Assembly (NCBI RefSeq): GCF_009914755.1
Contig: NC_060937.1
Direction: 5' to 3' (one strand)
Length of the DNA stretch: 64,000 nucleotides
DNA from: the human T2T-CHM13v2.0 reference genome, Homo sapiens
A program made the translations under genes and the position numbers. Below, one piece after another: positions 30,185 through 44,198 of the stretch. Within the stretch, counting starts at the first letter, position 1; each line of letters starts with the position of its first letter. Under the pieces are notes generated by a model. The model was given only the letters and a program-made list of their open reading frames with translations, was not told where the DNA came from and ran no database searches.

Positions 30185-31349
30185 TTGGGGAAGCCACCCT
30201 CTCTCCCCCTACAGTCTGCTGAAGGGCCTCAGGACTGGCTTGCATTCTGCAGCTGCAAATGTCTAACTGGCTCAATTCCTGTCAAACTGCTTCTTCTGGT
30301 TGTCTCCACTCTCTAGCAGCTTTCTTATTACCTTACTTTCCCAGTGGAGACTTGAGGAAGGTATAAGGAAATTAGAAATGCTAAAAAGAAAGGTGTCAAC
30401 ATTATACATCATCTAAAGTCCATAGGCTACATTCCTATGTGCAGTTTCCTTCATTGGCCCTGGTCTAACCCCTTGTCAAGTCCCACTGCTTCTTAATGTC
30501 CCTCTTCTGGGAACGCTTGAATACTGCAGCCATTACACCTCTACTATGTCTTTTGTGAAGTCTTATTTAAGTCTCCCATCCAATATTCTATTGGTTATCT
30601 GTCTTTTTCTTAGTAAGAAAGAGACGGGTGAGGCTATGGTGTTCCCTTATCTCCAATCTAAGACAATCAACTATCCTGAGTAATGTGTCTTACATTTTCC
30701 TTCCTGAAAATTTTACATCACAAAAGGTATGAGATGTCTCATTTGACAACTGCATTTTTTTTTTTTTTTTTTTTTTTACTAGTTATCCTGCAACTAATAG
30801 AAGAAAGAAACATGGAGAAAATGGAGCAGATATTCAAAGTAACTGTATTTGACTTTGGTTAGCAATGATACAGACTTGGCAGGCATAAAACTGACTGTGC
30901 CATTCTGACACCCTCACTCTCTCAGCAGGTCTGATTTACTCCTGATGTTCACTTCTGGTGAGTTAATATATTACAGCAGTTTAGAATTAATTGCACCCTG
31001 TTGTATAAGTTAATTCTCATTTAATTCTTTTTCTTAATCTTACTAGCTTTTGGCTTCATAATTCTATTAAAATGGGGCAGTATATAGAAACATACACAAG
31101 CTGTATCAGAAAAATAGCTTAACTAATTTAATTTGTTTTCTTAAAATTGGCTGGTTTTTGCATCATAATGCCATTCAAAATGGGATGGTCTATAGAAACA
31201 TATACAAGCTTTATTAGAAAATAGCTGGGCTTAAAGGCATTTTACGATATAGAAGCGATTTTCACCCGATTTACTATTTTTCCCCTGAAATCAAATATCA
31301 ATATAATTAGTCTGCAATTGTGGGAATCAACCTTCTTCGTTTTAAATAT

Positions 31350-31420
31350 GAGCATGATGATGTATTCCTGTAGTCCTGGCTACTCAGGAAGCTGAGGTGG
31401 GAGGATTGACAACCCAGGAG
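31350..31420 (+). mobile_element. Short Alu/FRAM fragment
   Basis: CCTGTAGTCCTGGCTACTCAGGAAGCTGAGGTGGGAGGAT..AACCCAGGAG. Confidence 0.75.
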
Positions 31421-31444
31421 GGCTCATAGTTGCCATGCCATTCT

Positions 31445-32700
<1,256 letters not shown>

Positions 32701-34109
32701 TATAGCATAATTTGCTTGCCTGATAACAGAAGATAGATAGTAACAATAATGAAAACAGAGAATGTATAGAATGATGCTCAGGAAATATAACACAACAAAA
32801 ACAAAGCTAAAATAAAACCCAACAAAGAGCAAAGATTGGGTGATTGGCTATGTCTGGAGGCAATTTTGGGGTATGTATTAACACTCCCTCCAAAACTAAT
32901 TTCCCATATGGCTGGGAAAGGAACCTATCACCTCCTTTTGAAAAATAACATGACTGTTTACTCATCACATTTGGTACCCCTGTGAGCATGACACTACACA
33001 AGTATTCAGATTTCGTCACGATATACAGTCCCATTTCTTCTCTACAATATGCTCTTTCACATTATATGTTACATTTTACATCAACCTAAGATTAATACTC
33101 TATTTCCAAGCTTTATGCAGAATCAGACAATTTGTCATTCTTTGCACTCTGTTGTGGGAGATGAAGAAAAAAAAACCCAACTATTGTTTTGTACAAAAAT
33201 AGCATTAAAAATTTTAAATTCTATTTTCCTTATTAGTTCAAGACAATGTATCCACTTTTCTTTTTTATTGGATTTGGAATTGTTATTGTGTAATACATTT
33301 AAATTCCCCAGTGTTTTATTAGAACAGCCTATTAAATTATGTGTTTGGAAGAGATGCATTCATCTTTTTACATATGAATGTTATGTAAAACAGTGGTCAT
33401 GCATTTCATTTGCTTCCCACAGTGTGACTTGCGGAGGTACAGGACATCTAGGAGCATTTAGAAACCAGTTATAGGCTGGTAGATCAACTCAGAGAACAAA
33501 ACAGTTGATAACTTGTTGCTTTTTATTAAGGATAATAAATATAAATGTATGTTTCTAAAGCATTAAAGACGTATATCTTCATAGCTACTATATATCAAGG
33601 GGCTGCAGGAAGCTTACATAGAATTTGAAATGACAAATATGGGCTGTGCATAGAATTTGAAATGAGAAATATTGGCCATTTTGGGGGTTGTCTCTCAGGA
33701 AGGGAGGCCGAGAGGTGGGTGTGTGGTGCTTCATCATAGAGTGAGAGGAGTTCGGGAAGCCCCAGTGTGGAGTTATGGCATTTTAGCCCTGCTTTAAGTT
33801 AAGCTGAGCTAAACATGATACGATAAAATGATCTGCAGCTTTTCTCATCAAGGCGATTCTTCAGTGATCTCAGGAAACTGGCTCACCTGGACAGAATCTG
33901 GGCATAAATTACTATAACAGAAAGGCCAAAAAGAGAAGCTTGCGAAGGAGCAGGGGAAGTAAGAAAGAGGGAGATACTCATTTCTCAACAGAATTGAGGA
34001 GCCATATCTCTAGTGAGTGGCATATATTGAATTTAATAATGTTTGTCTGCTGGAGCAGACATCAACATAGGGTGTAAAATTTGGTGTGACATCGATCTTG
34101 GACTTGGTG

Positions 34110-34625
34110 TATATATATACCATTTATATATATATGATATATATATATACCATTTATATATATATGACATATATATATATACCATTTATATATATGAGAT
34201 ATATATATACCATTTATATATGAGAGATATATATACCATTTATATATATGAGATATATATACCATTTATATATATATGAGATATATATACCATTTATATA
34301 TATGAGATATATATATACCATTTATATATATGAGATATATACCATTTATATATATACCATTTATATATGAGATATATATATATATCATTTATATATGAGA
34401 TATATATATACCATTTATATATATATGAGATATGTATACACCATTTATATATATATGAGATATGTATACACCATTTATATATTATATATATACCATTTAT
34501 ATATATGATATATATCCATTTATTTATGATATATATATCCATTTATATATATATGATATATATACCATTTATATATATGATATATATACCATTTATATAT
34601 ATGATATATATATCATATATATATC
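34110..34625. repeat. AT-rich VNTR, unit approx. (TA)nCCATT(TA)nTGAGA, about 18-19 CCATTT anchors
   Basis: Direct reading; unit length varies with the TA run lengths. Confidence 0.96.
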
Positions 34626-35745
34626 AATCACAAACTCCACCCTTCCCCACAAACACCTCCCAAACTAAACCCAAACCCAAAGTTGATTCTATTCAACAAG
34701 TCTTCTCTAAAATCTGCGGCCTCTGGTTTGATCAGGCCAAAGAAATATTCAACTGTTTGATTCTTTTAAAGTCCTATTGTGTCTGAAGTTTCTTTTACCT
34801 TCTTAAAATTCTTATCTTGATCACACTTCTCTTTGCATCTGTGTCTTTTTCCACAGTTGACTTTCCAATTTATTAAAAAACACAAAAAAGCAAAAAACAA
34901 ACCACCACTAGCAACAGCACCCCCCGAAATCCCCCCAAACCCTGAGGTCTGTATATTTCCCAAATGTGCCTTGGCTTTTCTTTTTGCTTAATTTAAATTT
35001 GTCCTATGTCTCAACATGATGTACAACTCTATGTGTGTGTGGCTACTTTTATACAGAATTGTCATCTGGCAGATTTTTTTTTTTCACAATGTTAAGTTTT
35101 GGAATTGCTTTTTCAACTGCTTCTCTGCTCTGTAGTCTCTTGACTTGAAGTCCTGAATTCTTCTGCTGGCATTTCACATGTAGTGATGTTTGTTGTCTCT
35201 GAAATATTATGTCTGGAGTGAGCATCCCTTCAAAAATATATAGAAATATATTTTTTAAGGTCCATGCCTAATAAAACTGCAGCTGTCTATCTGCTGAGGG
35301 AAGCAAGGAACTGCAGCTCTTGCACAGGAATAAAGTACTAGAAATATCATTACCCAGAAATACAAGAGCTTCAGGTGCAGAATATACCAAAATAATTTCT
35401 GTTACCTGCATTCAAAATGTGGTTATGCTGACAAAACCTTCAGACAATGTGTATATGGCAAAGAATCTCTCTGAGAACCAGAGAGAAAAATCAGGAACCT
35501 TGGGGCTGTATGCACATCTAAATTCATAAAGATATTTTGGAATGACATTAACTCTGCTTGCGAGTTTCACTGGAGAACCACTGCATCACCCTCCAAAAGG
35601 AATGTATTAATATTTAGTCATAATAATGAATCTAACAAGGAAGCAATCATGTAATTGAACAATAACAGCAGTGTGTTTCCCAGAGAAGATTCAAATCAAA
35701 CAACAAGAACAGAGCTTCTGTAATTTTCTCTATGCTCTTTTCTGA

Positions 35746-36056
<311 letters not shown>

Positions 36057-36541
36057 GTATTGTTTCTTTCTTTAAGTTCTTTGATATTGAGGTCAAGACT
36101 ATGCTTCCACATTGGTTGACCCTCCTACCTGTTAAAAATATAAGATCTGGCTGTATCCAAAACACATGCCATTTCCAAAGCGGATTTCATATTGTCTCTT
36201 CAGGACCAACTAGGTGGCAGGAAGCTAGGACCCTCATGATGTCTTGGAACATTCAAAGTCCTGTTTCTCAGTGGGTGGAAGAGAATTAGTGAAACAACAA
36301 CCACAAAAGGCTGCTGACCTTTGTTTTCCTTTGCAAGCTGACTTCTCAAGCTCTGGGGATGCCTCAGTGATCTCTGATGTGGAATTAGTGGAGGCTGGCC
36401 GTTGCTCACCTCTACACAGCCTGCTGGTCGTTAGCGAGCAGGAGTTCTGATGTTCCTCTCATCTTGGATGGTAAGAAATTTATGAAAATGCTAAGTCCTG
36501 AGGATTAATAGAGGAAATGAGGACTAAATATACAAAATAGT

Positions 36542-36555
36542 CCAGAAGGTGGCAG
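36542..36555 (+). promoter_or_regulatory. Candidate CTCF core motif CCAGAAGGTGGCAG
   Basis: Matches CCASYAGRKGGCRS at all but the Y position. Motif only; binding unknown. Confidence 0.4.
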
Positions 36556-37584
36556 GTGGAACACAGCAATAATATATGATGTTAGTCATCAGTCATTAGT
36601 GCCACAGGGATCCTAGGCGATGGCTGGGAAATGGCTTTTGCAGGCTGAGATGGTGGTAGCGCTTCACCCTCTAAGGCAGGTGCCTATGATTCAATGGGTG
36701 AACTCACTGCCACCCCAGCAGGGTGGGGTTGGGGTTGGCTTGGTGAGAAGGGAGATGTCATCTTGCCCAAGGAGGCTTATCCCTTGTGAAAGTCTGGAAC
36801 AACACACAAAACACCAGGAGGAACTGTTTCGGAGTGCTGTCTTGAATGCAAGCAGGCAGCCTCCATTTAGATCTCACTGATTCTTCTAGGATATTACAAA
36901 GCACTTTCTTACCCCAAATCCTTCAGTGCCACCCTGCCACTAAATACAAAGAAGAAGCTCTGCTTCCCACCGTGCAGAGGAGCCACAGGGATTGCATGGT
37001 CCCCATGACTGCCTCTTTGGCCCAGGGAAAGGGCCCAATCAGACAGCACCCCAGATCTTAAGAGAAGAACTTCCAGTCAAAACAACAGGGCACCCCCGTG
37101 TGCTGGAAGGTCCAACTCTCTCCAGTCCCAAGAGTGTTAAGCATCTGGCTAAGGCTTTGCTAAATTTCCCATAAGAGCTGCATTGTTTTCTTCTGTCTGT
37201 TAGACCTAGGAAGTTTTCTGGGTGTGGACGTAGGGCTTTTGCAAGTTTCAAAGCTTCCAGGGGATTAGAAACCATCATTCCCAAGCATTTACAAGAAAAT
37301 CTTTTGTCCCCACTGCTTGATATCGAAAAACAAGGGTCACTCTTCTTTTCCCCTAAGGAGGGAAATGGGAACACCCCGCTGACCATCTCCTTCTGCCTCA
37401 GGCACTTTCATGGAGACAGTCGAGGGCTTTGGGGCCTGTCCTACCTGGTGGTCTACTCAGTAGAGCCATCGGCCTGAAAAGGAGACATCTGTTAAGGTAA
37501 CTGGTGATCCCATGTAAAAGCTTTGACTAAACCACAGGAGCTGGAACCACTTTCTCAGTAAAGCATGCCAGGAAGCACAAATAA

Positions 37585-37737
37585 AGTCATGTGCTGCATA
37601 AGGACGTTTTGGTCAATGAGGGACTGCATAAATGATGGCGGTCCCATAAAATTATAATATCATATTTTTACTGTCCCTTTTCTATGTTTAGATAAACAAA
37701 TATTACCATTGCATTACAACTGCTCACAGTATTTCAG
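37585..37737. mobile_element. Tigger3a/MER7-like fragment
   Basis: AGTCATGTGCTGCATAAGGACGTTTTGGTCAATGAGGGACTGCATA..GGTCCCATAAAATTATAATA..TTTTTACTGT.CCTTTTCTATGTTTAGATA. Confidence 0.85.
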
Positions 37738-37744
37738 CAGGAAA

Positions 37745-38160
37745 GGGCCCTTCGGGAGGGGCTCCAGCTTGCCTCTCCAGGTCTAGGTCTTATCGTTCTT
37801 CCCCTTGAAGTTGACCCTACAACCTTATTAAATCTTCTGCAGTTACCAAAAGTGATAATGTGCTTGGCCTTTGTTTAAGCTGTGCTCTCTGCCTTGAGCT
37901 GTCCTCCTTCCCTCTGCTCAAGTGCCCCATTTTTCATGTCCCTTGGGAACAAGCTCAGGTGTCATCACTGAGTTCAGGTAGATGCCCCTCTTATCTGTCC
38001 CCAGAGCATGCTGCACTTATCCCCATCACAGCACTTCTCATGCTCTGTTATAATTTCCTTCCTATTCCATTAGCATATGAGGAACCAAGGGCCATGTGTC
38101 ATTCATCCTAGTACATGCTACTTAGTGGAGTTGCATAAATACTTATGGAATGAATAAATT
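37745..38160 (+). mobile_element. L2 3' end
   Basis: CCTCTCCAG..AGCTCAGGTGTCA..CACAGCACTTCTCATGCTCTGTT..ATAAATACTTATGGAATGAATAAAT. Confidence 0.65.
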
Positions 38161-38169
38161 GACTAAGAG

Positions 38170-38560
38170 GTGAGCTGGGCTCAGCTTGTGGATGATCCTG
38201 AAAGATAGATTGGCAGACTCTTACCTTTTTTGGGAGTGTGCAACCGGAAACTGCTTATTGTGTTTTTGAGGTGGGAGATAATTTATTGGGACTGTCCTTT
38301 GGCATGATAGCTCTAGAATGAGTGCTAAGGTTGAATGGGATGGAAGAGAGAGCCAGTTAGTAAGCCATTGCAGGGTGCAGGTGAGACAGAATAAACTGAA
38401 GTTAAATAGGAGTAATGCGGGAACATTCAAAATAGGGTCAGTAAGAAGTGATCACAAATAACGCAAGGGAGACGGAGGAATCAAGGGTGATGTGGAGGTT
38501 TCCAGCGTCTACTGAAGTGAGTGAATGAGGATGCCTCTTTCCCACTAGAGGAAGATAGGT
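38170..38560 (-). mobile_element. L2 fragment
   Basis: GAGAGCCAGTTAGTAAGCCATTGCAGGG..GGAGGAATCAAGGGTGATGTGGAGGTTTCCAGC. Confidence 0.6.
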
Positions 38561-38834
38561 ATGGGGGTGGCCACAGCTGCCCGGTTGCATGGATAGGAAC
38601 TCCTTGACTTACCTTTTATTAGAAGATGGGTAATGATGACTCCATCACTGTAACTGCAATCTATTCTGGGTGAAGAGTGCCCATACGGTAAATGTTTTAA
38701 AATATTCTGAATATTGCCCCTGGTCCCAAGGGATGAAGGCATTGTGGAGGAGTTTTCCCTTAAACATAGTTGAAATAGGAGAAAAAAAAAAGAAAAGGAA
38801 AAATCAGAAGTTATGTCTTAGAAGGGTGTTGATG

Positions 38835-39229
38835 TGGATTGGTTTACCAGGGTTGCTGTAACGAAGCAGCATGGCCTGGGTGGCTTGAACAACAGAGGTT
38901 TATTTTCTCACAGTTCTGGAGGCTAGAAGTCTGAGATCAGGCTGTCAGTGGGTTTGCATCCTCCTCAGGCCTCTCTCCGGGCATGTAGGTGGCTGTCATC
39001 TCCCTGCGTCCTCACAGGGTCTTTCCTGTGTGGGCGTCTGTGTCCTCATCTCTTCTTCTAAGGACACAAGTTTGTTTTTGGATTGGGATCCACCCTAATT
39101 ACTTCACTTAACTTTAATCACCTCTTTAAAGACCTACCTCCAAATAGGGTCACGGTGTGAGATACTGGGAGGTTAGGACTTCAATATATGCATTTTGGTG
39201 GCAGGAGGCGCACAATTCAGCCCGCAACA
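38835..39229 (-). mobile_element. MaLR LTR MLT1B-like
   Basis: GGGTGGCTTGAACAACAGA..TCTCACAGTTCTGGAGGCTAGAAGTCTGAGATCA..CACAATTCAGCCCGCAACA; TSD TGATG/TGAGG. Confidence 0.9.
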
Positions 39230-40714
39230 TGAGGCATGAGCAAAAATATAAATTTAAACAATGTTGGCAAAAACAGATTCAAAAGCAAAATGCAACGCCA
39301 AAGCATGAGGAAAGGGAAGAAGTTTGGGAGAGTAGGCATGGATGAGGTGGTCCCGAGGGAGAGAAGAGGCTGGGGCACCACGCGGAGGGGCTTGGCAGAC
39401 CCTGAGTGGTTTCTCTCATTGCAGAGGGTCAGCAACAATTTGAACACAGAACAACTGAAGAGCCAGGCTTGATGGCTCTGTTAAGGAAAAGACACTTTTA
39501 GGACGTGCAGTTGGACCTTTTCAAGAAGCTGTTGGAGGTCAGGGTCTGAGTTGAGAAAGGAGCTTGGTCCTGTAAGTCATCGACACTCAGTTGCTTCTGG
39601 ATCCCATCCTCACCCCCTGCACCGCAGGGTCCTTCTCAGGGAACGGGCCACTTCCCGATGCTCCCTGGGCTGCCATCAGCTGCCATGAACACTCTGCTTA
39701 GTGGAGGCTCCGTGGCCTGTGAATTAGCATCAACCTGAAATAACAAGCAGGGGCTTCCTATGAGTCAGCCATAGTCTGTTCAGAGATGCTGCCTAAAGGG
39801 TCTAAATCCAAAGGCATTAATTAATTTGTTCCCAGGGTCCACAGCATGGGGAGCTCAAGCCCTTCCATTTCCGCTCATTGATACCGGCTGGGTAATATTA
39901 TGTGGGTTCCATTTTTAATGTAGAATGCCTTATTTGACAAACATCCAGACAGCACCCCCAACTTTGTTTTCTTGAGCAGAAGAGAGAAAACAAGAGATGA
40001 AGGCATTGATGCATCAGCCCTGCAGAAAAATGGCAAAGGTTACAATATGTTATATTTAGATCCGCAATTTGCCGAAGGAAGATAATTGGGAAATTAAGTT
40101 GCCTGGTTGGGAAATCAGCCGTCCTTTTGTTTTTGTCCGGTTGTGTAGTCTCATAAATGTTCAGGGCTTCAATACCTTTAGGCACTTATAATTAATTTTT
40201 TAAAAATTGGAAGATTCAGTATATAAGCTGCCTGATTTAATGAAATAAGTCAAAAGGAGAAAAAAGAAGGGAGTTTCTTGCAGTAATTGGTTGTTACATT
40301 TTTCCACATTGCCATTCTAATTCATTCCTTTGAAAAGAGTTCGTTTTTCAGATTCTATAAGTACCCATGGCAATAAGTGCTATTTATAATAAAGAGACAT
40401 AATGAGTCTCAGCTGCACCCAGGGAGGTTGCAGCAGGTCAGGAGCCTCTCTGTCTGCTCCATTGTTGCTGGGAGAGAGGGTCTTGTTCCAAGGGTTGGGT
40501 GGGAAACAGGAATTCCCCACACTGTCCCTGAAATTGTGGAGTGATGAACTAGGGAGGGAAGTCTTAACTGGAATTTTTCAATATTAGATTTTCCAGAGAC
40601 TTCATTCAGCCCACTCTTCAGTAGGGAAATAAATCCTTTATGTAGAAAAAAAATCAAACCATTTCCTTTTGAATAAGGTAATCTCTGAATCTGAGGAACC
40701 CCGAGATAAGATGA

Positions 40715-41085
40715 TGTATTAGCCTGCTCAGGCTGTCATAACAATGTACCGCAGACTGGGTGGCTTCAACGTCGGAGATTTATTTCCTTGCAGTTCCGGA
40801 GGCCGGGAGTTCTAGAATACATCAAGGCATCCACAGGGTTGGTGTCTTCTGAGTCCTCTCTCCCGGGCATGCAGGGGGCTGTCATCTCCCTGTGTCCTCA
40901 CATGGTCTTCACCCTGTGTATGTGTGCCTTACTCTTTGCTTAAAAGGACATCAGTCATATTGGGTTAGGGTAGAGCCTCATTTTACCTTCACTACCATTT
41001 TAAATACCCTATCTCCAAACACAGTCACATTCTGAGGTACTGGCTCTGCATATAAATTTGGGGGGACACATTTCAGCTCATAATA
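40715..41085 (-). mobile_element. MaLR LTR MLT1B-like
   Basis: TGTATTAGCCTGCTCAGGCTG..CCAAACACAGTCACATTCTGAGGTACTGG..GGGGACACATTTCAGC; TSD GATGA/GATGT. Confidence 0.9.
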
Positions 41086-42169
41086 GATGTGCATCTTATT
41101 TTTGAAAATAAAATTACAGAGGTCTTTCCTCTTATTCCCTTTTCCTCTTTCACCATTCCTGCCTTTCCTGTATTAGCTGAGACAGTAATTCATATTGTCA
41201 GAGCACACACTGTCTCTCTCTCTCACACACAAACACACATACCTCCACACACTTTATCTTTCCTGCCTCCAAATTATTTTCTTGTTATTGGAAGCAAAAA
41301 TGCATTTTTCCTTCATAGGCACCTTCTTACCCAGTCCTCAATGGGTGCTGTGATCAAAGGAGGCCACCACAGCTCTATTAGCTCATGCCCAAATAAAGCC
41401 AAATCTCACACCTTCCACAAGTGACCTGTGTTGCTCCCTTCCTGAGGTTGTTTCACAGAGAAGAGACCCAAGGTTAGGCTGGCTGTTGGCCTCCATCAGT
41501 GATAGTGATGGCTGGGTCACAGGTTGCTGAAGGAGTCAAGGGACTCATTCAATACTGGATGCTTCTGTTCCTCTTTCCTCTGGGGCTGGACTAATTAAGG
41601 AAAAATGTTTCCTGGCTGTTCAGGTTTCCTCCATGCTAATTCAGGCCTATTCTTGCAGATGCATACAGTTATGACTTCATTATGCTTGTTGGTATGGAAA
41701 TAGAGGTAAGATCAGGTGCCCAGTGGTCTGAAAAATGTTGACATGCATTTTTGAGCCTGTCCACAGTTGTCGTTAAAGCCTTGTCAGACTTCCCTGGGAG
41801 GACATTTAGAGTGAGAAAAAAGAGAACCTAGGAAAAATTCCTGGGAAACATCAGCATTTCCAGTTCAGCTGCATGCTTGCAGATGCGAAAAAGTCAGGGA
41901 AGTGGAAGCCAGGAAGGTGAGAGGAAAACCGGGATGGGAGGAGCTGTGGAGATCAAGGGTGGGGCAAGAGTTTCATCGGGGAGGGGCAGCAGTCTGCAGT
42001 GGCCAGGGTTGTGGATACATGAAGCATATGATTCCTGACTAAGTGAGGATTTCTGGAGTGCGTCATCTAATTTTCTCTGAACTCATTTTGCAAGAATTTC
42101 CTAGGGATTCCATTGGGGCGGGCGAGGTTCCCCTTGATGCTTTCATGTAGTAGTTGGCTCAGAGGGAAT

Positions 42170-42675
42170 GGTGGAGGTAGGAGGCATATAGCTCCTCTTC
42201 AAGTGCCACTTCAAATCCACTAGGTGTTATCTCTCATTTTGGCTACTGAGCTACATGTTGTGCCCCCGTTCCAGCACCTTCCAGCAGGTGTAACTGACAA
42301 TACTCACCCCAGGCTCACACACATAGCCTTTGCTTTGTGCTGCTGTCTTCTCCATTGGTATGGCATGGAGCATGGCCATTAGCACCTGCTCAGTGCTCAT
42401 GAGTGCACCAGAGTTATTTCCCTGTGGGCAGCTTGTGACCAGAGTAGGTCAGAAGCTAATGGAGAAATGCTTCCTCCTTTCCTCCTCTGGGAAAAAGGTC
42501 TGCAGAATTGAGCAACTGGTTGCCTGTGGTGATGGCCAAATTTCTGAACACATCATTAGAATGTTAGGGTGACTCTCTCCTCCTCTGCTTTGCTTTCTCT
42601 CACCCTTGGTCCATGGACCACCCTCCCTACTGAAGTACTTGCAACTCAACTTTGGGGGAAACTGTGGATAAGAGA
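42170..42675 (+). mobile_element. ERVL LTR16-like LTR
   Basis: GGAGAAATGCTTCCTCC..GAATTGAGCAACTGGTTGCCTGTGGTG..AAGTACTTGCAACTCAAC.TTTGGGGGAAAC; followed by ERVL-like internal sequence. Confidence 0.6.
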
Positions 42676-42844
42676 ATTAGTCTGGGAAGAGTTGGATTAC
42701 TTAAAAGTCAAAGAGGAATACGGACCCCATTGCTGGTGATAAGAGGAGTGGTGATAATCCTTGGTATGCAACAGCTTCCTGTTACTATGGCTCTTGCCTG
42801 TGGTAGAGTGATGTGTGGCACAGGTGGAAGGTAATGCATTAACT

Positions 42845-42934
42845 TAGGTCAGCAGCTGGCAAGCCATCGTCCGTCGCCTATTTTTGTATGGCCTGTGAGT
42901 ATAAAATGGCTTTTGCATTTTTAGAGGATTGGAA

Positions 42935-42984
<50 letters not shown>

Positions 42985-43066
42985 TATGCAACAGAGACTG
43001 TGTGTAGCCTACAAAGCCTAAAATATTTTCTGTCTTCCATTTACTGACGAAGTTTGCTGAACTCTG
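42845..43066. mobile_element. MER58C-like MITE with internal (CA)23 at 42936-42981
   Basis: CCTATTTTTGTATGGCCTGTGAG..CAAAGCCTAAAATATTT..AAGTTTGCTGAACTCTG. Confidence 0.8.
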
Positions 43067-43156
43067 GTGTAAGTGATAGGGTACCATGTGAACAATGAGA
43101 ACATGAAGAATGGCCATGGCAGCTGACAGCTAACGGCTAGATAGTACTAGTGAACA

Positions 43157-43553
43157 TGAGTAACACTCACAGAATATAAGCAATAATTAGACAAGGCCAC
43201 TGTGTCACCACCATGGAACAAGACAGACAAGACCACTTCATGACTGTGAGTGAAACAAGATAGAGACAAGGACACCCTGCAACTCCCCCTCCAAATAACT
43301 TAACATGCCACTCTTCTAACAAGAATAAGAGACTATCACTTCGTGCTGATTGCAACTCTATCTGTGATTCAATCCTCCTGCCTCCTAATTAAAAATTACC
43401 AAGGAACCAAATCACTGAATTGTTCACATACCCTAACAGCATTCAGTCTAGAACTGTCTTTGTTTCCTTCAACTCTCCCTCCAATCACCTGGCACAAGGT
43501 CAAATTCTACAAAAATCCTATCTTAATTCCTAGTTTCCAAGACATCCCACAGC
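43157..43553 (+). mobile_element. ERV1 LTR MER110-like (3'-truncated)
   Basis: TAGACAAGGCCACTGTG..CAAGACCACTTC..CCAATCACCTGGCACAAG..GACATCCCAC resembles recalled MER110A. Confidence 0.6.
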
Positions 43554-43554
43554 C

Positions 43555-43972
43555 CTACAGAAATAAAGACCACCCAACTGAGAACAAGGATGGTGATTTA
43601 TTCGGAGCTTGCTGTAGTGAAAGAGTCGGCCACCATCACTGGTGTTTGGCAGAGACTCAAAGGCAGGCAGAGGGGTGGGAGAGCTTTACAGTGGGCAAAA
43701 AAGACGTCTTCAGGTGTGCCCCAATTGGAGGCTGTTGGCCTAGAGAAGCTGGAGGTGGCCAAGTAGGAGCAGGGCAGGCTATGTGATTGGTTGGGGACAT
43801 ATTTGACCTTCTCTGGTTTGTCCTGAATTGGAAGTGGGGACAAAAATCAAGAAATATGTCAGCTATTAATCATGTGCTGGTCATTTTGGGCTGATTGCTA
43901 CAGAAGTTGTGGCTCAGAGTCTTATTGCCACCTCTGGTCCAGCCACTGGCCATGGGTGTGTTCAGTTTTCAG
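43555..43972 (-). mobile_element. ERV1 LTR (MER89-like, shorter variant)
   Basis: Homologous to 8571-9956 but lacks part of its internal segment. Confidence 0.7.
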
Positions 43973-43994
43973 TTCTCTGGAATGCCTTCTTTTC

Positions 43995-44198
43995 TCTGCA
44001 GTAAGCTCAATGAACTTGGAAGCAGATTCTCCCCCACAGCCTCTAGGGAAGAGCCCAGCTATGTCAATGCTGATTTGGGCCTGTGAGACCCTAAGCTGAG
44101 AACACAGTTAAGGCCCCCCAGACTTCTGATCTCCAGAGTTAGAAATAAATGAGCACTCTTTCAAGCTGCTGAGTTTATGCTAATTTGTTTGACAACAG
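43995..44198 (+). mobile_element. MLT1D/E-like LTR 3' part
   Basis: TGAACTTGGAAGCAGATTCTCCCCC..GTGAGACCCTAAGCTGAGAAC..CAGACTTCTGA..AAGCTGCTGAGTTT..TAATTTGTT. Confidence 0.75.

Noticed and set aside
34110-34625. Repeat-spacer appearance suggestive of a CRISPR-like array
   Set aside because: Intervening sequences are just variable TA runs, not unique spacers; eukaryotic context with no cas genes.
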